NCBI RefSeq assembly: GCF_002571385.2
Contig: NW_019218411.1
Coordinates: 81,750-145,749 of the forward strand
DNA length: 64,000 nt
Reading direction: 5' to 3'
Source of the DNA: Stylophora pistillata
Taxonomy: Eukaryota
In this document: in pieces, positions 22,571 to 36,900 of the stretch
How the letters are laid out: every line of letters starts with the position of its first letter
How positions within the stretch are numbered: position 1 is the stretch's first letter
The notes under the pieces: model-generated
What the model was told of the DNA's origin: nothing
The model's database searches: none
What the model saw: only the letters and a program-made list of their open reading frames with translations
Made by a program: the position numbers and the translations under genes

Positions 22571-23032
22571 ACCGCCTCCCGATTAGCTCAATTGGTTAGA
22601 ACGCTGGACTGTTGTGCGGGAGGTCGAGGTCGATGGTTCGAGTCCCGGCCGGACCAGCACTCAAGGTCTTAAAATAACTGAGGAGAATGCGCTACCTTTC
22701 TTTAATAAGAAATGGATAGACATTCTAGTATTCTCGGATAAGGACGAATAAACCGTAGGTCCCGTCTCCTGCATCTATTAATTAATTAATTTGGTTAGGC
22801 AGGGGGGACGTTAAAGAACCCACTCACGAGATTACTGTGAGGTGGTCTAGCCTGTTTACTGGGAATTGGGGGGAGGGGGCATCTTCAAATAAGTTTCCTT
22901 CGATTGTTTGTAAACTGCTGATGCAGTCTGGCCAAAGTCCCCCGAAAAGTGTTGTGATACGCATTTGATCATATCCACATGTTAATTTGCGCAATATAAA
23001 TATTAAATTATTATTAATTATTATTATTAGTA
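22571..23032 (+). mobile_element. tRNA-derived SINE, near full length
   Basis: A box TAGCTCAATTGG 22584-22595, B box GGTTCGAGTCC 22635-22645, body GGTCTTAAAATAACTGAGGAGAA, LINE-like 3' end and (ATT)n tail. Confidence 0.85.
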
Positions 23033-24589
23033 GTAAGGACTGAAGGCCTTCAATTAATAATGTTTTTAAGTGAACCTATCATGATGTTGCAGGCGTCCAA
23101 AGCAACAATTTTGAATTTTTAAAAGAAAGCGTATACGATACACCTGAATTTGATATCGCTGCAGTGTGGATTAGACTCTTCTGTCGCTTGCGTTAACTAG
23201 CTTGTCGCGGCTAAAGTGGCGCATATCCGATAAAATAATTACGGTCAGACTTTTAAGCCTGAAGTTTTATATTATCATAACATTATCTGTGGCGACAAAT
23301 CTTAAACATATTGAAGATTTGCCTCTTCTGGAGTAAGAGCATGTTCGTAAGCCACTCTAAACATTAATTCTTATATGTTTATGCAGGACCGCAACAAAAG
23401 ACGCCATCTTTGATGAGGTATTAAGTCAGAGAATTTCAACCGATATGCACTCATAGGCCTAGAGTTGGTCTAAAAAATTGTTCTTACGACAAGGCAAAGT
23501 TTCCTTAAAACGGTGCGTTGGCCATATCATTACAATCTTCGTTTGATACTCCAACCCTTGTCTATGATTGCTGAAAAATAAAAATCGGAATAAAATGAAA
23601 AGAACGTATTGCACTAAAATGAAAGTATAAGTTAGTGCATTCGACCTCAAACGTGGGCCATAACTATAATCCTTATGTGAAACAAGAGGACGGCAAAGCT
23701 GGCTTCAGCAAACGCTTGTTCGTGCCATCGCCGGGATGGGAGTTCAGTACGAGGGTCAAAAGGATTGATAGGAAAAGAAATTAATGAGACCTCATTTTCT
23801 TTTGGTAGGAAGGCAGAGTTACCTCTTTAATCAAACATCTCTTCCTTTTTTCTTCCAGAAAAAGGGTAAGTGTAGCCCTATTTGGACTCCTCCACTCACC
23901 AGCCTATTCAGAATTTATTCATATGAATCATCTGAAGGGTTTCATTGAAAAGCCTACATGGTGGTAGACTATTTTACATATCTGAATACGATAGTTTAAA
24001 GTAAAAGAATTGTGTCGCAGAATATTTATGGACTCCGCACTCATCGGTTAACTGATTTAACTCAGGGCTGTATGCTGTCTTCGTTTCCGAGAGTTTTCTT
24101 TTTAAACTACGATCACCACGATTTCCACATATTAACTCCTGGTACAGTACGAATAACATATAGCATCCAGATTTCTTAAAAATTTGGCACCCTCTTACTT
24201 TCTAACGACTTCCCCACTCTTACAGGTCTAAACAGTTCTATATTCTGTAACAGTTTTTTCCTCGCTAGCCTTGTGTAACAAGCGCGGCTTTCCCCACAAT
24301 TATGAGTACCGCTAAATATCAGCCCCGTTCCATTGTTATATACCTGTTTCACGATATCACGCTTTCTTCCTTAATTTACAAAACTGCGCAGCTCGACTGG
24401 TGACTAGAGCTCGAAGCATATAACATATACTGAAACTCTTTATTCGCACTATTTCAAGAGGTTACTACAGATTATAAAAGTCAAAATATATAAGAAACAG
24501 TAAATTACATCAATAATCAAAAGTAAAATGTGCACAGTGACCAAAGTAGCATAGCTTTCGAGTTGGCCACTGTAACACAAGTTCTTCGT

Positions 24590-25120
24590 AGACTACCACT
24601 AGCTACCAGTCAGACAACGAATTACGTTCAAAATACTATTTCTTAGGTACAAAGCACTAAATGGCATGGCGCCAAAATATATAGCAGATCTCCTTCAGCC
24701 CCATACTCCGACGGGGCAATTACGATCTTCTTCAAAAAATCTCCTTGAAACACCAAAGTCTAATCTCAAGTTTTACGGTGACAGATCTTTTCTCTGGAAC
24801 TCCCTAATCGATGACATAAGATCAATCCTGAACCTTGATGTTTTTAAAATAAGATTAAAACACTACGTTTCAGAGAGGCTTTTATTAGTTCGTTGACTAC
24901 CCTTCCTTTCTTTTTATTGTGTATATTTTCCTTAGTTAATCTTAGCAAGTCAATCCGGTGTCCTATTTTAGAAAGTAACTTCTACGACTGTTATATACTT
25001 TCTTTAATAACTTGAATGTTTTTATTTTTAGAATTACGATTATTGTAAAGCGCCATGTTGTTCTCACGGAAATGGCGCTATATATATTCTTGCATTGTTA
25101 TTCTTGTATTATCATTATTA
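24590..25120 (+). mobile_element. L2-clade LINE 3' fragment
   Basis: LH*LPVRQRITFKILFLRYKALNGMAPKYIADLL...LRSSS...YGDRSF; 3' stem TGTAAAGCGCC...GGCGCTATATA with ATT-rich tail. Confidence 0.8.
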
Positions 25121-28100
25121 ATTTAGCGAGTTGTATATGTGAAGATAAATCATGATCAGTTGAAACAGAAACTCGACGTACCTGGTCAAATACGCCTGAG
25201 AGAGACTCACGATGTCTTATCATCATGAAGAGCGTTAATGGCGGCAACGCGGAGTCTCGATTCCTTGTTTTTAGGAACTTTTCATGCTCTTTCATTTGTA
25301 ATTCTCACACGAGACCTACTCAAAATAAACCTCATTCTCTGCCGTAGACGAAGATATCACCCAAATCCTTGTATTTCTTAAGTTGCTCTTGGCCTATTAT
25401 ATCTGTAACTGTTAAACCAGGAATCTTTCCATCCGTTGAAAGACCAAAGAAGCATCGATGTTTGGTCATATAATCCTGTTTCGACTATTAGTCAGGTTCT
25501 GTTTGATTCACAGATCCAAGAGCTACTTGTTCTCCGAAAATATTGTTTACCAGACCCACAAACACTGTTTAGGTGCCCAGATATACAAATCTTACATTTA
25601 TTTAAATCTATGCAAGTTTATTCGTGAAAGTTAACACTATTAGTATGTAACAAGGACTCTCAAGTAATCTAGCAATGATATGTCTTACGAAAAAATGTAA
25701 CAATATGAACACTCTCAATACTGTGGTAGTAATGGTACCAAAGTCAATCTCTTTCGTGGCGTCAATGGTGTTGGTTAAAACTTCATCAATAGACGCCGGA
25801 GTAAGAATGAAGCTTACATAGTTCACCCATCGTCTCCTCTGACCCAGAACACCCCCCCCCACCCCGACTGAACTGCTAAAATTGGGTCAAGATCCGAAAG
25901 CATAGTGTGAAGCCTAAATGGAGTGCTATGATCGACAAAAAGTTAGCTACAGCTAGCATGGGAATGGCAAGACAAGGCACACAGCTCGTTTACCTGACCT
26001 CGACGTCTAATAATTCAATTTTTCGGGAACAGTTCCCCTAAAACTTTATAGGACTCGATATTTTACTAACTCACTTTGTTCTCCCTATAGATGCGGTAAA
26101 GTTCACCCTATTTAAGTTGGAAATGTTGCGACGTCTAGAGGTTCAACAGCAAGGAATCTTAGCCTGCAAGCCGACACAATCCCGCTTGTGAAAGTTTGGG
26201 CGTAAGTACCTCATGAAGATGAAATTGTTTCTGGGAATTCGTTATACAGCCAGAACTCGCTATGACACAATCGCCTGCAGCTGATTAGAATTAGCAACAT
26301 CTTGAACCTCTACCTCAAGTTGCATAATAAAGTTTTCACAAAGCCTGAAATAAATATATTTTTTCATGTTTTCGTAAGTTTCAGACAAAACTCAGCTTCA
26401 ATCCTTGTCCTCCCGCAAACACGTACCATAACAAATCTACCGCGGTGGACTAAAAAGATAACACAGAACAAGCCTGCTCGTCTGGAAGAAGCTGATTTTC
26501 GAATTCCGTGTCTTCTTTCTAAAACCTAGTGCACTAGGTGAACCAATTCAAACTTCCCCTCTGCATAGAAGAAGCGGGTAACCTTCAATTTTTACAACGT
26601 ATTTTGATGAAGTTTTACAAGTCATGTATTTTAAAGAATTTCATGCAATGTGTATTGGTGGTTGTGTCATTTATTCTGACAGTCTTGCAAGGCTATCGTA
26701 AGTAATTGTAAGAAATCGCACCATTGACGCATTGAAAGTAAACTATCGAAACGTGAGAAATGATAGACTTTATTAGCAGTTAACCTTGCCTTCTTCCAGA
26801 TGGTCGTAAGCAATCGTCAGCTGTCGATGAGTTAAATGTGTATAGTCTGTATAATAAAGAAAATAATAATTATAAATAACACCATTTGAAGATTTACTGT
26901 ATTAGTAGAGTTATGGGGAATTTGAAGAGAAGAAAATTCTTCCTTTTAGGGTTACCGATTGCAGCCAAGTTATCAAATCGCGAAATCAGCAGGTGCAGGA
27001 GATATGGCCTCAAGTCCATTTAGACAGCTAGGGTTACGTTTCTTCCAGAAATCTGCTTTCTCTCGATGGAAGTTGAATTACTAGGAGGCACCCCAGAAAC
27101 AGATAGGCCATCTGGGGTGTGACGCATTAGTCCTCTTTATGAGTGATGATTGATTGTTAAGACTTAATTCTTTGGTGGCCGGAAATTTTTACATAAATAA
27201 ATCGACTGCAATCATAAAAACCTTTGAATCACTGGTTTTAATTTTCTTTTTTCAATTCTATGCTGGTTAATGTTCCTTTCTTGTACCTCATCTTGTTCAA
27301 AGCAAAACGATAGGGCCAATACGATACAAGGATAAGTATTATCAAGTCCATACAGATGTTTGCAGTTGTCAAACTTTTTAATGAGATTAATACTGCCGTG
27401 ACAAACCTGTAACAGCCGCATTTTCTTACAAAATAAAAATCGCTAAATTTCATCCGCTGCAGCATGAAAACTTTGCTACACGACATATGTTAATCCTTTC
27501 ATGAGATAAAATAACATAGTTCCTTTTACCTTGGCCGACGACAGGACGGAAGCCATTATTCATTTCATATTTTCTTTCCTATAATCTGAAGTCTGTATAT
27601 CCTTATTTAAAGATAAAGTTGTGCTAATTGTCAAACGATTGTTAAAACCTTATTGGAAAGCAGCCGTGGGGTGGAAAGGGCGGTGAGAAATCAAGATCAA
27701 GCGATTAACTCAAATGTAAACGTGATAAAGAAAGCAGTTGTAGACATCTTCGACCCCCGACAGAGCAGAGATAAATACTATTCACGTGAGACCCATTATT
27801 TTATATTTCAGACGTACAAATGAACTCTCATCGTAGATATCAGCAAAGTGATTATTTGAAAAAATCTTACGGGCACGCACCGTTGCTTAAAGCGGGGTTT
27901 AAAATAGTTCACCTCGTGCGTAGTTGGCTATGATATTACATACCTCAAATCCTACAAACTATGCTTATAAATAGGAAGTAGATCGGTTAAAAAAAGTGCA
28001 TACTGCCAATACAAGTTATTCTAAGCTCCTGTGGTTAGCAAAGCTCGCAAGGAAATTTCTTCACTCTATCAACTTAGTGACCAGAGAAACCACAAAGACC

Positions 28101-31100
28101 GAAGCATCCCATTCTAGCTTAACAACCCGATCAAGCGAAGGTTAGTATTCGGCGATTTTAGTCACAGCCATGCCAGAACAGCGTCTTCTAAAGCAGTTAA
28201 GTCCTTTAGACTTGAGAGAACGATACATTATCTCAAATGAAACACGCATTTTAAAGGCAGCCATCTGACCATATAGACAACGTCATGATTTTGTAACCAA
28301 TCTGCCTCACTGACTGCAGCGGAAACTAGTAAACCACGATAATCGTTTTGGCCGACACTATAGTCATAAGTTTCTTATCTCAAATTGGAATACTGAGAAA
28401 CAAAAACCTGGTGACACCCACTTGTGAACGATTTTGCACCCTAAGGTGGCAAAACCTTTTGAGAGCTGGGTTCAAAATCCTGTATGCCTTGCATGATGAC
28501 CGTTGCTAGAAAAAATCTCGCGTAGGAGTTGTGTCGGGACCGGAACGCCCGGGTCGCCACCCGCACTGTTTAGTCCTAGATACGTTTCAGATAATTATTT
28601 AATGTTCAGACATAAAAATATTTTGTATGTGGATAAAAAAGCCACCTATTAACTTAAACAAAATCGTTCCGGTACAAAAATCTTTGAATAGGAATTTTAA
28701 GCTTCCACGGTATTCTCGGCGAAACGTTATTCCAAGACTTCGCATTGCTAACATCTCAAACTACCGTGGGAAAATAATACTTTCCGTGCAAGGCTATCCC
28801 CGACGATCCGGTGACATGTTTTACGTTGGTTAACAGGGCTTATCCTTCGAGAAAAATGATACAAAAGCCACCTTATTTAATTATCAGACATCCATCGGAA
28901 ACGAGACTATCATACACCAGGGAGGCTGCAACTGTAGCAGAACTGTACCCTTCATGCCGTTTATTAGTTTTTCTATCCTATCTCTTTTGTCTTTTTTTGT
29001 TTTCTCCTGTCGATATTTTTAGTCTATTTGTTTTTTTTTTTTTTAATCTATCGTTTGGCTTGTTGGTTGTTTATTTATTTTTCGTTGTCTGTTGCATGAT
29101 TTGGTTTTGTCTTTAAACTGCCTATCCGCTTGATCACTTGTCGCTCTGGAGAGTGCGGAGGAATTTTCAGTCTTTCTATGTAATTCTTGCATCTCTGTTC
29201 GTCTGAAATGCAAATATTCACTACTAACACAAGAATCTCTCTTCATTTACCAAATATGGTCATAAACGTTAGCTAATTCCACTTCTCGTGCGGAAACACC
29301 AAAATACGTTACAACACCATAAAGATATGTTCAGGAAAGAGCCAGAATATTTTCATCTGAAAAGTTCCAAATACAATTGACACTCTGATGACTACTGTCT
29401 GATGAACCAGGTACACAACCTATGGAAAAGGATGATTCAATCTGCCGATAACCAGTCTTCCAAGACTGTATCCATGTTTGCCATGAACTAAATCTCGGCA
29501 TGAAAACTACCGTTGCATAGGATCAGAAAGTCGCATAACTTTCTATCCAATTTATCAGATTGAAACGCAGCAAGGTTTGTTGATGTGGTGCTTATCAAGA
29601 ACATCAAGAACAGAAAAACGAGTGATTGACTTGTATATGCCATCCCTCTTGGAATGCTCGAAACTTTTGGGTCGTGTGTTTGAGTGACATATCATTTGAA
29701 ACTTTTCCTGAGACATGGCCTTCCCGCAATTAACAAACTTTACTATTTCAGTGAAGAGAGACTGTTCCCAAGGTGTTCCCCTGCAGAATGCGATGATCGG
29801 CCGTGCATATAACCTCATGCACCTTTACTCTCCAAATTGCAGTCTGCACCGCTAGATAACCCTATACGGAGGAATTTTCGGTAAATTAACTTACATTTCT
29901 GAAGTAAAAGGCCTCACCGAAATTCTGAACACGCGTTTGAATGAACATTCATCGGATTTACATTGTTCAGCGTAAAAGGTTAAATATCTCTTTCTGTCAA
30001 AATTCAATCGATTTACTATATTTTCTTCAATCAGATAGTCGGCTGTCCTACAAGTAATCATAAATTTTCCTTCTTACCATACATTTTGGCCGTCATTACT
30101 CGATCGGAACTAAAAAAGTTTACCGAAACAACGGGGTCCTGTTAAGGAGTGGTGCAATCGCTTTGCGAGAATCATTATAAAATGTAGTTTTGTGTTTTCA
30201 TCAGTTTGTGATTCACAGATTCGTGGGGAAAAAATCGCACCGTTAGAAGTAGGAATAGTATTTAAACCCAGTCCATTTAACCAGGCGGATTTTGTGTTAT
30301 CTCCGTCTGAATCTGTAGGATTTAGTAAGAGACAAAGCTTTCGAAAGTGAGTTAGACGACGTACAGGTAGAGTGTTTGGATTTCATGTTCACAGATTATT
30401 GCTCCTGGAGAACCACAGTAATGTACTCGCATAACCGTGCGTTGTTAACCAGATAAAAAATTGTGAAAAGAGTTTGCAAGCGTGCACTTTGTTCCTTAAA
30501 AATCAAGTTGCTTATTTATTCATCTATTTACTAACTGATGACTGAATCTCGTTCATTAAACATTTGAGAGCTCTTCATTTTTGTCTTGGCGATTTCAAAT
30601 ACATTTCCGACTGATACCTAACGTTGTGTCTGTTGGGAACTATTCAGGTAGAAAACTGAGGAGGAAGCCCTCTGCTAAAGCACCGTCGGAATGTCGATCG
30701 GCCAAAGAGTCAGTTCATGTCTACTGAGCCTTAAAGAATGAGGAATGTATTTGCCATCAACGGTTGAAGAAGAGTATGAAGGACATTCAAACTTGAGCTC
30801 TAAATTTTGCAGTCCTCAAGAAGCTGCTCTGGGGACAATTTCAGAAGCGCATGGTTAGCTTAGATATTTATTTGAAAAAGAGTACACTATGCAGATGGAA
30901 AGATAATTAAAATGTCTCGAATGCTTCTCTGCCCTTAATGTAAAATTGAAAAAAGAATGTATTACACTCTTATTGTTAAGATATAATTGAATTAGGACGG
31001 GTTTTCACAATTCAATAAGTGAATTGTTCACGGCTTTACACATAGGCCTGTATTTAAAACTAATCATAACAATTCCGAGAAAATGGGATTTATCTGTTTC

Positions 31101-33928
31101 ACGCGGAACTGCTCTCTTGCGGGAGTAGGTTGCTTAAGTAAGACGGCCGCAGAATTCTTTATGAGTTTCTGTGTTCAGCGCTGTTTTTGTTTTCAAAGTT
31201 GGCACCCATATTGTAGAACAATCTAGCAACGAATATTTCCGCAATTCAGTTTTGGTACATTAGGCGAAAAGCTTACCACGGGGTAATTTTAGTCAAGCGT
31301 ACGGGAAAAGGTTGTCATCAACTAGAAATCAGTAGAATTATCTGTTATCTTTGTAGCACGTCATGCAAATCGTTTCGTTTTTATTGTTGATTACGCCATG
31401 GTACTTTGAAGATACAAATGAAGATGTCCTATCAGAAAACAAAATTCTTGTCGTTACCAGTCAAATTCCGTCAACAGATCAACACATGTTCATAACACTT
31501 AAACAGCTAAAATAACAGAAATCATGCTGCCAAGTACAGATCACCTTATAGTGTTTTTATTCGTTTTGCGTACTTATTTTGACCTATTGTTGTCCGTATA
31601 TCACTTAATGCTTCCGCTGCTTCACTCTATTCCTTGGGGCATTCTCTTCACGTAATCTATTTTATTTTATCATAATTTTTTCGGAATATTATAATGTTCC
31701 AAAATGTTTATATAGGTGTCATATCGGTTTCTTAAAGATCAGGGTATAGAGAACCATAAAATGTTGAAACGAACTTGTTCGATACATGATACTGTTGAAA
31801 TAACACCGACCTATCTCTACTTGCAACCGTCTACTTATATTTCTTTAATAGTGTAACAAGCTCATGTTGAGTAACACTGTGGCCTCTTCACGGGCGGTTC
31901 ACAACCCACGTCTTTGAAAAACATGGTACGATTGATAAATAAACAGCTTAATTGAGCGATGAAAGACAACGGATAGGTGTCCATCCTTTCGAACGCATAT
32001 GGCAATAGTTTACAGGATGGGTGCTTTAGGCGAAGATAGCAATTTTTAAAACACATCAATGTTGAACGCTTGCGGTAGTGACCACACTGGGCCATTTTAC
32101 CGTACAAAGTTTGGTGTTTAGGGTCTCGGAAGAAGTTCTTTAGTTGTCGTTTCAATCAGTTTATCTCAACTTGAGTAACTCCTCAGCCACCAGACTTGAT
32201 AAACGCAAGGATTTACTTCATTTTCATGTGCATGTCGTGAGCGCACAAAAGCTAGACTGAAATGTAATACCCATTGAAATAATGAGTTCCTATTCATGTT
32301 AATGCGACACTTATCTAGATTCTTATCAGTATATTAAGCTAATTAAGTGAACGGTGTGAATGGTGTTTGGTTTCATGTAGGACTAGATTGGTTTAACACA
32401 GGTCAAGAGGGACGTGTGACTTTACCAGCGTGGGGATTATTCACCCTTTCTACAGAGCTAAACAGATCTTAGGAAATATGTCAAGAATGTGATGTTCAAG
32501 AAGCGCATTTCCAGAAAAGCAAAGTTTGACAAAGACCATCGATGTGAATGAACAATGTCACCTCAGGAAGTTGAGTAATTTCAGGCCTACCCACAAATCC
32601 AGATGTGTCGAGTTGCTGTTGCTATCGGATGAAGATCTTAGTTCTCATCACGAAATAAATGAAATGTTTCTTTGTCTTAAGCAGCTAACCTAATCAAAAG
32701 CTTTTCAGTGCTTTGAATAGATTTCGTCGGCACCTCTGTGCTTTCTTCAGCTCTGATAGGGAATACTCATCAGCGTGGGAAAATAATTTCGCCTTGTCAA
32801 CAGCCTTTCTTCTCTCAATCGATAACATGCACTTTTGTTTGTTACAACGTAAAATGATTATATTTAAGAAAGACTGCCAGAGATGAGAAGTAAATAAAAC
32901 TGCTTAAGAGGTTTTTTTTTTGGTGAATCTGAGCAGCAAAGTCTTAATAAATTTCGTTTCACTTTGATTGTACGTATTGTTGAATGGAAAAGACAACTTG
33001 AGTTAACTCTTCCTGTTCGAGGCTATTGTTGGAATGCACGCAGCGTTGGGAAAATTAAATCCACCATAAAGCTGTCTGATTTGCGCCGACCGATCTTGTA
33101 CTATCCTAAAACAAATAAACCGATCAGGGGGTGCAACCGATTTCCGTCAACCTTCGTAGCAAACAAACAGTTTAAACAGTGTAAAGTTGTTATCTTTATG
33201 AGGGTCATCACCATTGGAATGAGTCCCATTCTTCAAAATTCACCTAATAAAAATCCTAAAATTTCCAAGAAAGTACAGATACTGATTCCTGGAGACCTTC
33301 TTTGCAAACTTTCGTTTTATTTCAGGGAAGTTAATAGTCCATAGATTTGATTGCTTGCTTTCATATTGGGTGCCATTATCTTTCATCAGGTGAGGAGAGG
33401 CCTAATCTTGCCTCTCGACTCCGCTTAACACAAACCTTCACTGAACGAGCGTACGACATCTATTTCGCCTTGTGGGGCTGCGAGAAAGCCTCATACTGCT
33501 ACCTCTGAGAAGTGTTAATATTCCGAGTCAAGTAAAATAATAACCTCGTATACTCTAGAAAGGTCAATTCACTTCCTGCGACATCAAAACAAATAAACAC
33601 GGTAATGTTCCCTGATAAGTCAATCTACCATCTTTCCTGCAAGAACAACTTGCTGTCATTAGAATCAGAGTTTCGTAGCTCATGTTTATCTGAACCAACC
33701 TGTTAAATGAGTTCCGTATGTGACGTGTCGAGTATCAGTGTGAGTGGCATATGACTGCTCTATTCTGGGATGCGGTCTCGTCCCAGTGCTTTTCCCAACA
33801 GACAAAATACAAAGGCTGTCATCAAAGTATTAATTGCTGTTTATTGCCTGTTTGCCAAAGAACTTAGCAGCTAGCGTGAAAAGGGTGCGACAAACAAATA
33901 CAGTGTCTGAAGTATACAACGAATCTAA

Positions 33929-36900
33929 ATGGATTCTTCACCGTCTCTTTCAATGAAGGCAAATGCTTTCTCTATAGCCTCTCTGATGTCCTCTAGAGAT
34001 GATCGAGGCGATTTTGGTAAGAGCATAAAACCGACACAAGTATTTTGACGCACTTATCAGCTAAGTCATCCGTTTTGAGATTCTGACAAAGTGGCGTAAA
34101 TTTTGAGTGTTTTAGAGAGTTGGTTCGAAGCATTACTTAAAGGTCACAGCTAAATATGTGTTTTTTAAATCATTTAATTCTCTAGATCCAAAATCGTCTC
34201 CAAAAGAAAGAGCAGACAGTGTTTCTGAAGAAGAAACTACTCAACCGCCGCCGGCAAAGAGGATGAAGTCTTCGTCAAGCGAGGAGACCATCGAAGACAA
34301 AGAAAGTGGGAAAGAGTTAGAAAACTCTTATAAGGACGAACTTAGGAACATAACCGTTGAATTGGAAGGAAAAGAGTTATGGGAGAGATTTAGTGAACTT
34401 GGAACTGAAATGATCATTACCAAGGCTGGAAGGTGAGGTGCATTGAAAGTCGTCTGTGGCGCACTAACCTGGAAAAGCCTTTGCGTTTTGTGTAGTGCCA
34501 CCAACTGATCTCTTCCCTAACCGCTTGTAAATCGGTGTCGGAAATCAAAGTTGTTAAAAAGATAACAAGCTGTTTTATAAACAGCATCTACAGGTTTGGA
34601 TAAACATAAATACGGCTCGTTATTGATGCTTCCTACCGGGTAAATTATCACATTCACGCACACAAACCACTGGACTGAAAGTTTTGATTTCTTATCTGAT
34701 AAGCGATGTTAAGGTGCTATGTCGATGATTTAATTTGCCAGACCCATAACAGAAATAACCACATATTTTGAGCGCGCCCATGACTTCTTCTTTCCAAACA
34801 ATCCTTGACAGAATTTTTCTCTTTTTAGGCGCATGTTTCCCACACTAAGAATATCTGTGAACGGTGTTAACCCTAAAGCAAATTATATGGTCTTGATGGA
34901 TATAGTGCCAGTTGATGACAAACGCTACAGATACGCCTACCACCGTTCGACTTGGCTTGTGGCAGGTAAAGCTGATCCACCAGCGCCTGTAAGACTCTAC
35001 ATGCACCCAGATTCCCCTTTTACTGGCGAGCAGTTGTTAAAACAGATCATATCATTTGAAAAAGTTAAACTGACCAACAACGATGGCGACCGTAATGGAC
35101 ATGTAAGTAAACCGTATTTTATATTCAGTATTACAGATAGAACTTTAATGATCTACCCTGGTCTTAAGGATAATTTTATGTACCTTCATTCTACCTTAAA
35201 TTCTCACCCCTTGCGATATAATTTGTCTCCCTCCAGGGGCACATACAGTCTAACAACAGTTGACAAAGAGCTGTTCTGTTCAAAATATCAGATATTGGAA
35301 AATCAAGGTGCTTTGGCAACGAAGAACAGTGCTAAAACTTTAAGAAATTTAATATCCAATCGAAAAATAATCATCTTTTTCGGCCATAAGAGGCCCGAAT
35401 CCTGCACAATTGGGGACACTATTCAAGTTTACAAGCTGTTTCCCTCAGGTCAAACTATCATACCACATCAAATTATTTTCTATTGGGCAGGGTTATTGAT
35501 TAGCCTTGTTTTTTGACATTACAGCTCATTCTAAATTCCATGCATAAATACCAGCCTCGAGTGCATATTATTCGTAAACGTGACCACACAGCTTCTGTAA
35601 TTAATCTCAAGTCCGAGGAGATGAAAACCTTCACCTTTCCAGAAACGAATTTCATTGGGGTGACAGCGTACCAAAATCAACTGGTGAGTAATTTTCCACG
35701 GGTTAGGTGCTTCGTGAAATATCACATTTTTAACCCAGGCGCTATTGGTAGCATTTGTAAACTTATGTAGCACTGACTGATATAACAGACAAATTGTGGG
35801 GAACCAAAACGTTATTCCCTTGTTTCACGCTATAATTAAATTATCATTTAATTAGGACAAACGCATGCAACCTCAAGAATTCATCTCAAGGATGTTCATC
35901 TCCCTAACCATCTAGCGACAAATTATGGCTTTTCTGTTACTTGACACACTGTTTATAGGGTGCAGCTCAAACTACTATGTAAAAGAGTTTGTTCAGAAAT
36001 AAAAAGGATGTTTTACGGCGACAAACACAGCCGGATTGATATTGTAATCGATGACCTATAATTATCAATTGTAATTTAAAAAAAAGAACTTATAGGAACG
36101 GTCGATCGTGATCGAAATATATTTCAATATATCTAGAATTCACAAAGACGGATGTGGGTAAAAAAAAAAAATAACACACACACACACACGCACACACTAG
36201 CTTTCCTATTAACATCTTTGTCGGTTTCAATGCGCGAGATCCTTTCTTAATAACATATTTTAAAACCACCAATGTCCGTCTTTATTTTTCCGTTTTGTAG
36301 ATCACACGATTAAAAATAGATAGCAATCCATTTGCCAAAGGTTTCCGGGACTCATCACGTCTTATTCCAGTAGAAAGGTAGGAGTTAGAACTCCGGAAAA
36401 TAAATACTCTTTTCAAGAGTTGAACTTGCCAAAGAAAAAATTATACATCGACAATATCTCAAAGCAATTAATGGTTAAAGAAGTACAGCTCTTTGTTTTT
36501 TCACAGTAGGTTTTCTTGTAGTTAACACCTTCGTTCACGTCTTTCTCTTTATTTAACTTTTTGCTTTTATACTTTATAAATTAACGCATCGACTCTTCTT
36601 TGTCACGGTTGAGTGAGAATTCACCTGAGTGAAATTAACTCTTGCTGCTCTTCGCTGATTTGAAAAACAAAAGCTAAAATGATTACAAATGCTTGTGCAT
36701 AGGATCCCTGTGAAACTCTTACACGTATGTGTTCATAAACCATTATTCAATTTAATTCTATCTTCACCTTTTATTTTAATTTCAGAGACTGTTTTCATGA
36801 AAGTCACCCACCTACAATGGTTACAGACCCGTTGTATCCTTCCCTTCCCTTTCCGCTGATACCACAGCTAGGGGTTAACAGCAGATACCAACTTCCCAAG

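Noticed and set aside
22579-22655. tRNA gene
   Set aside because: A and B boxes are present, but the cloverleaf is broken by extra bases and continues into a SINE body and tail.
29400-33350. Short ORFs at 29555-29818, 31862-32155 and 32964-33344 as genes or transposase remnants
   Set aside because: No convincing motif or consistent splice structure; left unassigned pending BLASTX.
34833-35516. 227-aa single-exon T-box ORF (likewise 45108-45461)
   Set aside because: T-box similarity ends at a GTAAGT/GTGAGT donor; the remainder is intron read-through.
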